Shown here: positions 8,725 to 16,402 of the stretch, piece by piece
Layout: each line of letters begins with the position of its first letter
Numbering within the stretch: position 1 is the first letter of the stretch
Virus genome (UHGV): UHGV-0224961
From: a virus
Strand: one strand, 5' to 3'
Length of the DNA stretch: 39,860 bases
Position numbers and translations under genes: made by a program
Notes under the pieces: generated by a model
What the model saw: the letters and a program-made list of their open reading frames with translations, nothing else
Told to the model about the DNA's origin: nothing
Databases searched by the model: none

Positions 8725-9153
8725 ATGGAAAGTAATATCAAAGGGTTAGTTGCCGCCGGGCATGAGATGGCTTCGGAACTGAAAGCAGAATGTGGTGCCG
8801 TTGATATGCGCAGTGTGGCAAAGCTGATCAGCGATTTGGCAACGCAACTGGAAGTGCAACTGGTGCGTGCTAATGCGCTGGCGGCGGAGAATGCAAAGCT
8901 GAAGAAGTTCTGCAAAGACGCTGCATTCGATGCCGATTACGAAGCAGAGCTAGGTATGGAGCGTGGTGGATTCAGTGATGCGCTTAACGAAATCAAAACC
9001 CCAGCCACCGATGCTTTTCTGGCTGAAGTACGGGCGCAGGGCGTGGAGATGGCTATGGAACATATGCAGTCGAGCGGTTCGTTAACATTTGGAGATTGCT
9101 ACATATCACTTAACGAGTTCGCCGCAGAGCTTCGCAAAGGAGGCAGCCAGTGA
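8725..9153 (+). CDS. Ea22-like family protein (paralog 1)
   Basis: C-terminal ATDAFLAEVRAQGV...FAAELRKGGSQ shared with the ORF at 10263. Confidence 0.55.
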   Translation: MESNIKGLVAAGHEMASELKAECGAVDMRSVAKLISDLATQLEVQLVRANALAAENAKLKKFCKDAAFDADYEAELGMERGGFSDALNEIKTPATDAFLAEVRAQGVEMAMEHMQSSGSLTFGDCYISLNEFAAELRKGGSQ

Positions 9154-9638
9154 CTGGAAATGCAGCAATCCTCGACATGTGCTGTGGCAGTCGCATGTTC
9201 TGGTTCGATAAGAATGACGACCGGGCGATATTTAGCGATATCAGAAAGGAAGAGCACACATTATGTGATGGACGACGCCTGATTATCAGTCCTGACCTGA
9301 TAGCTGATTTTCGTGCACTACCATTTGCAGACGCATCCTTTTCGATGGTTGTATTCGACCCTCCGCATCTTGAGCGTGTTGGTGATAACGCCTGGATGGG
9401 AAAGAAATATGGACGGCTGAATAAAGATACCTGGCGTGATGATTTGCGGCAGGGGTTTAAAGAAGCCTTTCGGGTGTTGTGGCCACACGGCGTTCTGATT
9501 TTTAAATGGAATGAAACGCAAATACCTGTTCGCCAGATATTGGCACTGACCGACAGAAAGCCTGTTATCGGTCAACGAACAGGAAAGGGTGACAAGACCC
9601 ACTGGATTATTTTTATGAAGGAGGCATCCAGTGAGTAA
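9150..9638 (+). CDS. Putative DNA amino-methyltransferase (DPPH motif)
   Basis: 162 aa; LDMCCGS (motif I-like) and VVFDPPH (motif IV-like); GTG start 6 nt after AAAGGAGG. Confidence 0.55.
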   Translation: MTGNAAILDMCCGSRMFWFDKNDDRAIFSDIRKEEHTLCDGRRLIISPDLIADFRALPFADASFSMVVFDPPHLERVGDNAWMGKKYGRLNKDTWRDDLRQGFKEAFRVLWPHGVLIFKWNETQIPVRQILALTDRKPVIGQRTGKGDKTHWIIFMKEASSE

Positions 9639-10275
9639 CCGTTTTTACATGATGTGCTTGCGTGAAACTGTGGGTAATAACGCCTCATTCCATTGCCATA
9701 ACGGCAATGGTTACAGTTCTGATATCGATCGCGCTCATGTTTACACGCTAGAAGAAGCCCAAAAAGCCTGGAATTGTGGGCGAGATATCGATCAGCCTGT
9801 TTGTGCCGATAGTGTGGATGCAATTGCTGTGTGGCACGTTGATTGCCAGTACATCCCTACAGAAAGCCTGATTGAGTCAGATTGCACTGCGTATGTGGCC
9901 TACAAAAAAGGTAGCTGGAACGGCAACGATGTTTACTGGCTTCAACACGGTGGATTGCCAACAGATGATTTCAGTAAAGCGACCATCTTTAGCGTCGCCA
10001 ACAAAAACGAACCAGGAATAGTTTGGTTGCCATTTCCCATTGCTGATGCAGCAAAGCGCCGGACGTTCAATATCAATAACTTTAACCGCAGAACAATGGT
10101 TCAGGGCGCAGGTTTGGTCATGCCTGACTGGTTGAAAGAGCAGAACAGAAGAAAGAAGTCGCGAAGCGGGAAGGTGCGTTGGAATTGTCCGCATTGCGGA
10201 AAAATCACCTGGCAGTACAGCCCATATGATTTTGAAGGCTGTAGTGATTACAACTGTGAAGGATGGCGAGAATGA
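9631..10275 (+). CDS. Hypothetical protein with C-terminal zinc-ribbon (CPHCG...C..C)
   Basis: 214 aa; overlapping gene starts typical of phage operons. Confidence 0.5.
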   Translation: MSNRFYMMCLRETVGNNASFHCHNGNGYSSDIDRAHVYTLEEAQKAWNCGRDIDQPVCADSVDAIAVWHVDCQYIPTESLIESDCTAYVAYKKGSWNGNDVYWLQHGGLPTDDFSKATIFSVANKNEPGIVWLPFPIADAAKRRTFNINNFNRRTMVQGAGLVMPDWLKEQNRRKKSRSGKVRWNCPHCGKITWQYSPYDFEGCSDYNCEGWRE

Positions 10276-10955
10276 CAATTGACTATCAGGTACTGCGCGA
10301 GGCGGCGGAACAGGCAACGCAAGATGAATGGGTAGCATATATTTTGCCGGGGCAAAACGGCACTTATCCTGCGCATACGTCTGAGGGTAGGCATTGCGGA
10401 TACTTTATTGACTGGCCTGGCATTGATGGACAGAGAAACGCTGGTGCCAATGCCCGTTATATCGCGGCTATCCCACCCAAAGTTGTGCTGGCTCTACTGG
10501 ATGAAATTAAGCGCCTGGAGGACACAAATATTGATGCTATGTGTCGAATTGCAGAGCTTGAGACTAATCTCGCGGCGCTGGTGGCGGAGAATGTGGGGCT
10601 AAAGGCGATATGTGATGACCGTCGCAGGTTCATCATGAATGGGGTGCAGATGGGTTATATCAAGGTGCCAGCAGCGGAAACAGATCCAGACCTTGAGACA
10701 ATTCGCATTGCTATATCACCACAAAAGCCCATTCCAGCCACTGATGCTTTCCTGTCTGAAGTGTGGGCGCAGGGGGTGGATGCTGCTATAGAAGCTGCAA
10801 AAAATCTGGTGGTCCAAGAATATGAGTATAAGGATTTCAAAGCGGCGCAGAGTGATTGCTGTATGCACCCTGGTTCAGACCTGGTAGGGAAGGTTGAAAT
10901 GACTGAGTGGTTAGTTGACTTTGCTGCCCAGCTTCGCAAAGGAGGCAACCAGTGA
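10263..10955 (+). CDS. Ea22-like family protein (paralog 2, mosaic)
   Basis: N-terminus IDYQVLREAAEQA resembles the ORF at 10952; C-terminus resembles the ORF at 8725. Confidence 0.55.
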   Translation: MARMTIDYQVLREAAEQATQDEWVAYILPGQNGTYPAHTSEGRHCGYFIDWPGIDGQRNAGANARYIAAIPPKVVLALLDEIKRLEDTNIDAMCRIAELETNLAALVAENVGLKAICDDRRRFIMNGVQMGYIKVPAAETDPDLETIRIAISPQKPIPATDAFLSEVWAQGVDAAIEAAKNLVVQEYEYKDFKAAQSDCCMHPGSDLVGKVEMTEWLVDFAAQLRKGGNQ

Positions 10956-11377
10956 GCGAAATTAATTACCAGGCACTGCGTGAGGCAGCACAGAACGCGA
11001 AAGATTTAGGTGAGATTAAGAATTACAAGCGAGGTGAGCAAGCTGTTGCCGAATTTGAGTCCTTAATAACGCCACGCATTGTGCTGGCGCTTCTGGATGA
11101 ACGGGAAAGAAACCAGCAATACATAAAACGCCGCGACCAGGAGAACGAGGATATTGCTCTTACTGTTGGGAAGCTGCGTGTTGAGCTTGAAGCCGCAGAG
11201 AAGCGCATTGCAGAACTGTCTGCTAGCCACAGCAAATTGCGCGACACAATGGCTGGCATCCACAACACAATCCGAATGGATGGCGGCTATACGCCACTGG
11301 CAGCAATCCTTAACGCTGCTAAACGCGCATATGAAGAATCAGCAAGCGCAGCTGGCATTCGCATCAAAGGAGAGTGA
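10952..11377 (+). CDS. Ea22-like family protein (paralog 3), coiled-coil
   Basis: N-terminus INYQALREAAQ and PRIVLALLDE shared with paralog 2. Confidence 0.55.
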   Translation: MSEINYQALREAAQNAKDLGEIKNYKRGEQAVAEFESLITPRIVLALLDERERNQQYIKRRDQENEDIALTVGKLRVELEAAEKRIAELSASHSKLRDTMAGIHNTIRMDGGYTPLAAILNAAKRAYEESASAAGIRIKGE

Positions 11378-11580
11378 GTGATATGGATAAAAATACCCCT
11401 GCTTACTGGAGTTTATCACTTGATACCGAATGTCCCAAATGTGGTCACAATTTCGATCTGCTTTGTGATCCAGATTTTTGGGAGTTTTCTGGAGCTAAAC
11501 AGGCATGTGAAGAAATAAAAGGTTACGAAACATGCTGTCCAGAATGTAACCATGAATTTAAAACAGATTTCGTGTATTGA
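11374..11580 (+). CDS. Small zinc-ribbon protein (CPKCG...CPEC)
   Basis: 68 aa with two CxxC pairs. Confidence 0.5.
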   Translation: MSDMDKNTPAYWSLSLDTECPKCGHNFDLLCDPDFWEFSGAKQACEEIKGYETCCPECNHEFKTDFVY

Positions 11581-11590
11581 GGCATAACAA

Positions 11591-12493
11591 ATGACCACTA
11601 TTACCAAAGAACAACTAATTGATCATATTAATGATCGCAAAGATGTCCGTCAGAGAATGTTGGATACCGCGACGGTTTCTTCTGGATTCCGAGAATATCT
11701 TGAAAGAGAACTTGCCACCGATCAGATTGCTCTGGCGTCGCTGGAAGCTGAACCTGTCCTGTATCAGTCCTGCACTCGCCCCACCTGGAATAGCGGTGTT
11801 CCGTGGACGGAATGGAAAGAACGTAGTCGTGAGGGCTACGAAGACGATTTGCGCTTTACAGACACGCCTGACCATGCCGGTTGGATATACAAATGTCGAA
11901 AACTATATACCACTCCGCCAGCGCCGATAGCGTTAGAGTCCATTGAAAACGCAATTGAATACATCCGCAGTATCGCTTTTCACATCGATGAAGACGATTA
12001 CCACGGCAAACATATTGCGTATTTCATGCAGCAAGCATTGGCCTGGCTGGAAGGGCATTCATGCAGCGACGACAGACTGGGTAAAGCCGAGAATCAACCA
12101 GTACGCGGCAACCAGGCTGCCGAATCCAATCGCGGTAATGAGTGGACTGGCAATCCTGATATTGATAACGCCATCATCATGCTCGACCGCATAGATACGG
12201 CGGAAAGTTGCGATGATGACCGTATTGAGGCTGTTAAGGCTGTTTTGCGTAGACTGGCTGGCAACTATCCGGTAACTCCGGATGGTTGGATAAGCTGTAG
12301 TGAGCGAATGCCGGAAGACACCAAAATGTTACTGGCATTTAGTCAAGGTGAAATCGTGGCCGCATATTGGAACTGGGTTGTAAATCCAATTGATTACAAA
12401 AAATATAGAGCTTTCACGTATTTATCAGGATATATCTTGGATGACGTAACTCACTGGATGCCGCTACCAGAACCTCCGCAGGAGGTGAAGTGA
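11591..12493 (+). CDS. DUF551-domain phage protein
   Basis: C-terminal WISCSERMPE...HWMPLPEPP signature recalled for DUF551. Confidence 0.55.
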   Translation: MTTITKEQLIDHINDRKDVRQRMLDTATVSSGFREYLERELATDQIALASLEAEPVLYQSCTRPTWNSGVPWTEWKERSREGYEDDLRFTDTPDHAGWIYKCRKLYTTPPAPIALESIENAIEYIRSIAFHIDEDDYHGKHIAYFMQQALAWLEGHSCSDDRLGKAENQPVRGNQAAESNRGNEWTGNPDIDNAIIMLDRIDTAESCDDDRIEAVKAVLRRLAGNYPVTPDGWISCSERMPEDTKMLLAFSQGEIVAAYWNWVVNPIDYKKYRAFTYLSGYILDDVTHWMPLPEPPQEVK

Positions 12494-12843
12494 TGGACTA
12501 TTCACAGTTAAGTGATTTTGAAATTAACAGAATGGTAGGAGACATAATTTTTAAAGGCCTTTGGGCGTGTAAACCGGAAACATCAGGGAATAACACCAAC
12601 AAATGGTATTACGGAAATACTGATACAACTTTTGAGCCATTAAACCCTTTACCTGACTACTGCAATAATCCATCGGATGCATGGCCTATTATTGTTGATA
12701 ATAAAATCAGTCTAACCTGCCACCAATCTCGCGGTGAGTGGTCAGCTGTTTTTAATACCGAGAATATTTGCTTTCATGCGAATAATCCACTCCGAGCCGC
12801 CATGATTGTATTTCTCATGATGCAGGAAAATCAGAATGGCTAA
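12490..12843 (+). CDS. NinX-like (DUF2591-like) protein
   Basis: N-terminus MDYSQLSDFEINRMV resembles NinX family proteins as recalled. Confidence 0.4.
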   Translation: MMDYSQLSDFEINRMVGDIIFKGLWACKPETSGNNTNKWYYGNTDTTFEPLNPLPDYCNNPSDAWPIIVDNKISLTCHQSRGEWSAVFNTENICFHANNPLRAAMIVFLMMQENQNG

Positions 12844-13174
12844 ATCAGCAGCAGAGCGCAAAGCCGCTCAGAGAGCCAGACAAGCTGCATCTGGTGTGCG
12901 TAAGCTGGAAATTGTGCTTGATGCTCAGGAAATTGAAATGCTGGAGCGTAACTGTGCCACGCGTCGCCCCGGGCGTGCGCCTTACGAATTTGGTGAGTAT
13001 ATAGCGTTACTGATCCGCCAGGATGATGCACGCGTGCGCGGGCGTATAAAATCGATCAGCAGAAAATGTTGCGGTAAGTGCGGCGAGAGAGTTCCAGTTA
13101 ATTCATGCCCGTGTAATGGTGACTCGCAATGCTGGATGACTAAAGGCTGGCATGAAACGAAATTAATAGTGTGA
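12836..13174 (+). CDS. Hypothetical protein with C-terminal Cys cluster; candidate regulator
   Basis: 112 aa; basic N-terminus; C-terminal CCGKCG...CPC...C; stop codon lies inside the GTGACATGTCAC palindrome. Confidence 0.5.
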   Translation: MAKSAAERKAAQRARQAASGVRKLEIVLDAQEIEMLERNCATRRPGRAPYEFGEYIALLIRQDDARVRGRIKSISRKCCGKCGERVPVNSCPCNGDSQCWMTKGWHETKLIV

Positions 13175-13182
13175 CATGTCAC
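13171..13182. promoter_or_regulatory. Perfect 12-bp palindrome GTGACATGTCAC at an operon end
   Basis: Same palindrome at 32649-32660 and a variant at 15436-15447. Confidence 0.45.
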
Positions 13183-13223
13183 GAGTAGATTATGCATGAT
13201 GAATTTGATGGGTTTTGAATACT

Positions 13224-13249
13224 GCCGCCAACTATGGCGGCTTTATTTT
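13224..13249 (+). terminator. Rho-independent terminator before the terminase operon
   Basis: gccgcca-acta-tggcggc followed by tttatttt. Confidence 0.65.
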
Positions 13250-13260
13250 GCATGGTACTA

Positions 13261-13293
13261 TTACCACAACGGTAACTATTACCACGGTGGTTA
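13261..13293. promoter_or_regulatory. Operator-like TTACC-ACAAC-GGTAA (13261-13275) plus imperfect TTACC-ACGGT-GGTTA (13279-13293) immediately upstream of terS
   Basis: Same palindrome family as at the repressor gene. Confidence 0.5.
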
Positions 13294-13295
13294 TG

Positions 13296-13889
13296 ATGCC
13301 TGCTGAACCTAAAACCTATAAACGCAAATCAACGCAATTTAAGCCACTAACAGCAATGCAGGAGGCTTATTGCCAGTCATACATCAAAACGCCTGAAAAC
13401 CAGACTCAGGCAGCGATTAACGCAGGATTCTCCCCAAATACAGCGGCAGTTAAAGCCAGTGTCATGATGCGCGATGAACGCATTCAAAAACGGATTGCCG
13501 AGTTGATGGAGGAGCGCAACAAACGAATGCGCGTCAGTGCTGATTACGTTCTCATGCGCCTGGTGGAGATCGACCAGATGGACGTGATAGACATCCTCAA
13601 CGACGATGGGAGCCTTAAACCAATCCGCGAGTGGCCGAAAATCTGGCGCACTACGCTTAGCGGCTTTGATCTGTCATCGACCATCATGAACATGAACGAG
13701 GATTCGATAGAGACAATCCTCAAAAAAATTAAATGGCCTGACAAGGTGAAGAACCTTGAGCTGATTGGTAAGCACGTCGATGTCAATGCATTCAAAGAAC
13801 GCCTGGATGTTAATGTGAATGTGACAATTGCTGATCGCATAGCGGCAGCCAGGAAGAGACTGAAAGAACGTCAGGATGGCAATCAGTGA
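13296..13889 (+). CDS. Terminase small subunit
   Basis: Directly upstream of and overlapping TerL; start taken at ATG 13293/13296 (the track ORF begins at a TTG at 13215 that runs through the operator and terminator). Confidence 0.65.
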   Translation: MPAEPKTYKRKSTQFKPLTAMQEAYCQSYIKTPENQTQAAINAGFSPNTAAVKASVMMRDERIQKRIAELMEERNKRMRVSADYVLMRLVEIDQMDVIDILNDDGSLKPIREWPKIWRTTLSGFDLSSTIMNMNEDSIETILKKIKWPDKVKNLELIGKHVDVNAFKERLDVNVNVTIADRIAAARKRLKERQDGNQ

Positions 13890-15361
13890 CAGATGCAGCG
13901 TTATCTCCTGAAGAGCAGTTGATCGAGGATATTGCAGGGTTCACTCACGATCCGCTTGGCTATGCCCTCTATGCGTTCCCGTGGGGGGAAGAGGGGACTG
14001 AATTAGCACATGCCACCGGTCCACGTCAGTGGCAGGCTGATGCGTTCAGAGAGATACGTGATCACCTGCAGAATCCAGAGACGCGATATCAGCCGCTTAT
14101 GCTGGCACGTGCTTCTGGTCACGGTATTGGTAAATCCGCATTCATCTCAATGCTGATCAACTGGGGCATGTCCACTTGCGAGGATTGTAAGGTCGTGGTG
14201 ACCGCCAACACCGACAACCAGCTACGAACGAAGACCTGGCCGGAAATTATCAAGTGGTCGAACCTTGCTATCACGAAAGACTGGTTTACCTGTACCGCTA
14301 CCGCGATGTACAGCAATGACCCTGGGCACGACAAGCGGTGGCGAGCTGACGCAATCCCTTGGTCTGAGCACAACACTGAGGCATTCGCCGGACTACACAA
14401 CGAGCGCAAACGCATCATCGTGGTATTCGATGAGGCGTCGAACATTGCGGATCTGGTGTGGGAAGTTGCCGAGGGTGCGCTAACGGACGAAGACACTGAG
14501 ATTATCTGGGTGGCGTTCGGAAACCCGACGCGTAATACCGGACGTTTCCGCGAATGTTTCCGCAAATATAAACACCGCTGGAAAACTGCGCAGATTGACA
14601 GCCGGACGGTGGAAGGCACTAACAAACAGCAGTTGCAGAAATGGGTTGATGACTACGGGGAAGACAGCGACTTCGTTAAAATCCGTGTGCGCGGCATATT
14701 CCCGGATGCATCTGAATTGCAGTTTATCCCTACCGGACTTACTGACGAGGCAATGAAACGGGTGGTCACCGCTGCGCAGGTGGCACATGCTCCGGTGATA
14801 ATCGGCGTTGACCCGGCATACTCCGGCGTTGATGACGCTGTGATATACCTGCGGCAGGGGCTGCACAGTAAGGTGCTGTGGACTGGCAACAAGACCACTG
14901 ACGATCTGATTATGGCGAAGCGTATCGCTGACTTTGAAGACCAGTACCAGGCTGACGCGGTGTTCATCGACTTCGGTTACGGTACCGGGCTGAAGTCAAT
15001 CGGTGACGGTTGGGGGCGTACATGGCAACTTGTTCCGTTCGGTGGCGCGTCTACTGACCCGCAGATGCTAAACAAGCGCGGGGAGATGTTCAACAGCTGC
15101 AAAACGTGGCTGAAGCTGGGCGGGATGCTGGATGACCAGGAAACAGCGGACGACCTGTCGGCGGCAGAGTACAAAGTTCGCGTGGACGGTAAAATCGTTA
15201 TCGAACCGAAGGAAGATATCAAGGAGCGGCTTGGGCGTTCGCCGGGTAAAGGCGATGCGCTACTGCTGACGTTTGCTTTCCCTGTGTCTAAGCGCCTGCG
15301 AATTCCCGGGCAGCAGAACCAGCAAGGTAAGGCCATCACAGATTACGATCCCTATGCTTAA
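13886..15361 (+). CDS. Terminase large subunit
   Basis: 491 aa; Walker A-like ARASGHGIGKS; C-terminal nuclease-like domain with acidic residues; GTG start overlapping the terS stop. Confidence 0.9.
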   Translation: MTDAALSPEEQLIEDIAGFTHDPLGYALYAFPWGEEGTELAHATGPRQWQADAFREIRDHLQNPETRYQPLMLARASGHGIGKSAFISMLINWGMSTCEDCKVVVTANTDNQLRTKTWPEIIKWSNLAITKDWFTCTATAMYSNDPGHDKRWRADAIPWSEHNTEAFAGLHNERKRIIVVFDEASNIADLVWEVAEGALTDEDTEIIWVAFGNPTRNTGRFRECFRKYKHRWKTAQIDSRTVEGTNKQQLQKWVDDYGEDSDFVKIRVRGIFPDASELQFIPTGLTDEAMKRVVTAAQVAHAPVIIGVDPAYSGVDDAVIYLRQGLHSKVLWTGNKTTDDLIMAKRIADFEDQYQADAVFIDFGYGTGLKSIGDGWGRTWQLVPFGGASTDPQMLNKRGEMFNSCKTWLKLGGMLDDQETADDLSAAEYKVRVDGKIVIEPKEDIKERLGRSPGKGDALLLTFAFPVSKRLRIPGQQNQQGKAITDYDPYA

Positions 15362-15411
15362 TCCGCTGGTGGGGATAATGTCGTTGATATCCTCTGATGA
15401 GGATAAAACAA

Positions 15412-15447
15412 AGCCAGCTTATCGGCTGGCTGTTTGTGACGTGTCAC
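15412..15447 (+). terminator. Hairpin (agccagc/gctggct) followed by palindrome GTGACGTGTCAC downstream of TerL
   Basis: Weak T-run; may act as a partial terminator or protein-binding site. Confidence 0.3.
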
Positions 15448-15488
15448 GACATTAAAATCCATCGAATTCGTATTTCATGATTCACACC

Positions 15489-15514
15489 TTAAAAAAATGC
15501 CCGGCGAACCGGGC
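15489..15514 (-). terminator. Rho-independent terminator on the minus strand
   Basis: gcccgg-cgaa-ccgggc with a 7-A run on plus (U-run on minus). Confidence 0.55.
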
Positions 15515-15591
15515 GAACTGGAAGCAATGAGTTATGCCTTCCGTGGCTGTACTGGTTTACAGCATGAAGTCATCGCAATGGCGTCCTGCTG

Positions 15592-15634
15592 TAAAAAGGG
15601 CGGTGATAGTCCTTCAAGGGAAACCATCACCGCC
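15592..15634 (-). terminator. Minus-strand terminator-like hairpin about 45 nt 3' of the tRNA
   Basis: 9-bp stem ggcggtgat/atcaccgcc followed on minus by UUUUU. Confidence 0.5.
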
Positions 15635-15677
15635 AAGCCCCTGGAACTTCTGGCATCACGGTCCTTAGGCGTGATTC

Positions 15678-15754
15678 TGGCGTGGCATGCAGGATTCGAA
15701 CCTGCGACCAACCGCTTAGAAGGCGGTTGCTCTGTCCAACTGAGCTAATGCCAC
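15678..15754 (-). tRNA. tRNA-Arg (anticodon UCU), phage-encoded
   Basis: Reverse complement folds as a canonical 77-nt cloverleaf: acceptor GTGGCAT/ATGCCAC, D-stem GCTC/GAGC, anticodon stem ACCGC/GCGGT, loop CTTCTAA, T-stem GCAGG/CCTGC, TTCGAAT loop, discriminator G, CCA encoded. Confidence 0.85.
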
Positions 15755-16076
15755 AACGCTGAGAGCACTTAGCCTGTTAAGGCGCCACACTTTGTCGCGG
15801 CTCCATAAATGCTCTCATCGTTGTACCCTCGTCTCTTCCGAGGCGTCACACCGAATCGCCGGGATGGTGAATCCCCGTGCGCGGAATAAAACCGCTCGAC
15901 TTGCACATTCCGGCTACCTGGTTCGTTTGCCCGAGCAAGGGAGGGTGCCCCTTAAACGTATCCAGACCGCTATCGTCGCATGTGCCATACGCCGTACTGC
16001 TCAAAATAAAAGCTCACTCCACCTGTTCAATTTAACGACAAGCCAGTCAGGTTAGTAACTGGAATGAACTCTTTGG

Positions 16077-16143
16077 TTACCTGAAAGGTAATAATTCTCG
16101 CGTTAAATGTCAACTATCTACGATAAATAAATCATATGTGGTT
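16077..16143. promoter_or_regulatory. Perfect operator TTACC-TGAAA-GGTAA (16077-16091) plus TATCTA-N14-TATGTGGTT motif (16115-16143) upstream of the head operon
   Basis: A minus-strand TTGACA -35-like hexamer at 16108-16113 points leftward toward the tRNA. Confidence 0.5.
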
Positions 16144-16181
16144 AAATTGGTAATAATTTAATTGCGTACGGAGTCATTGAT

Positions 16182-16388
16182 ATGTGCATGGGTAGCTCAC
16201 CATCAGTGCCTGCAACACCAGAAGTTCAGGCAGCACCACAGGAGCAGGATGCCGCCGTTGTTGATGCCCGCGACGAAGAAACACGTCGCCGTCGCGCTGC
16301 TGCTGGTCGTAGTTCTACGCTGCTTACCGGTTCTCAGGGCGACACATCAACCGCTAATACCAGCGGTAAAACGCTGCTTGGTCAGTAA
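16182..16388 (+). CDS. Small hypothetical head-operon protein (68 aa)
   Basis: Preferred over the overlapping 16162 frame because the 12 nt upstream (cggagtcattga) are identical to those upstream of the portal start. Confidence 0.5.
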   Translation: MCMGSSPSVPATPEVQAAPQEQDAAVVDARDEETRRRRAAAGRSSTLLTGSQGDTSTANTSGKTLLGQ

Positions 16389-16402
16389 CCGGAGTCATTG
16401 AA

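Noticed and set aside
13215-13292. N-terminal extension of the terS ORF in the track
   Set aside because: It begins at a TTG and reads through a terminator hairpin and two operator palindromes; the ATG at 13293/13296 is the more plausible start.
15497-16055. Plus-strand ORFs 15497-15748 and 15792-16055
   Set aside because: The first is antisense to the tRNA and terminator hairpins; neither has a ribosome-binding site or recognisable motif.
16162-16401. 79-aa ORF overlapping the 16182-16388 gene in another frame
   Set aside because: The alternative frame has the conserved initiation sequence shared with the portal gene.
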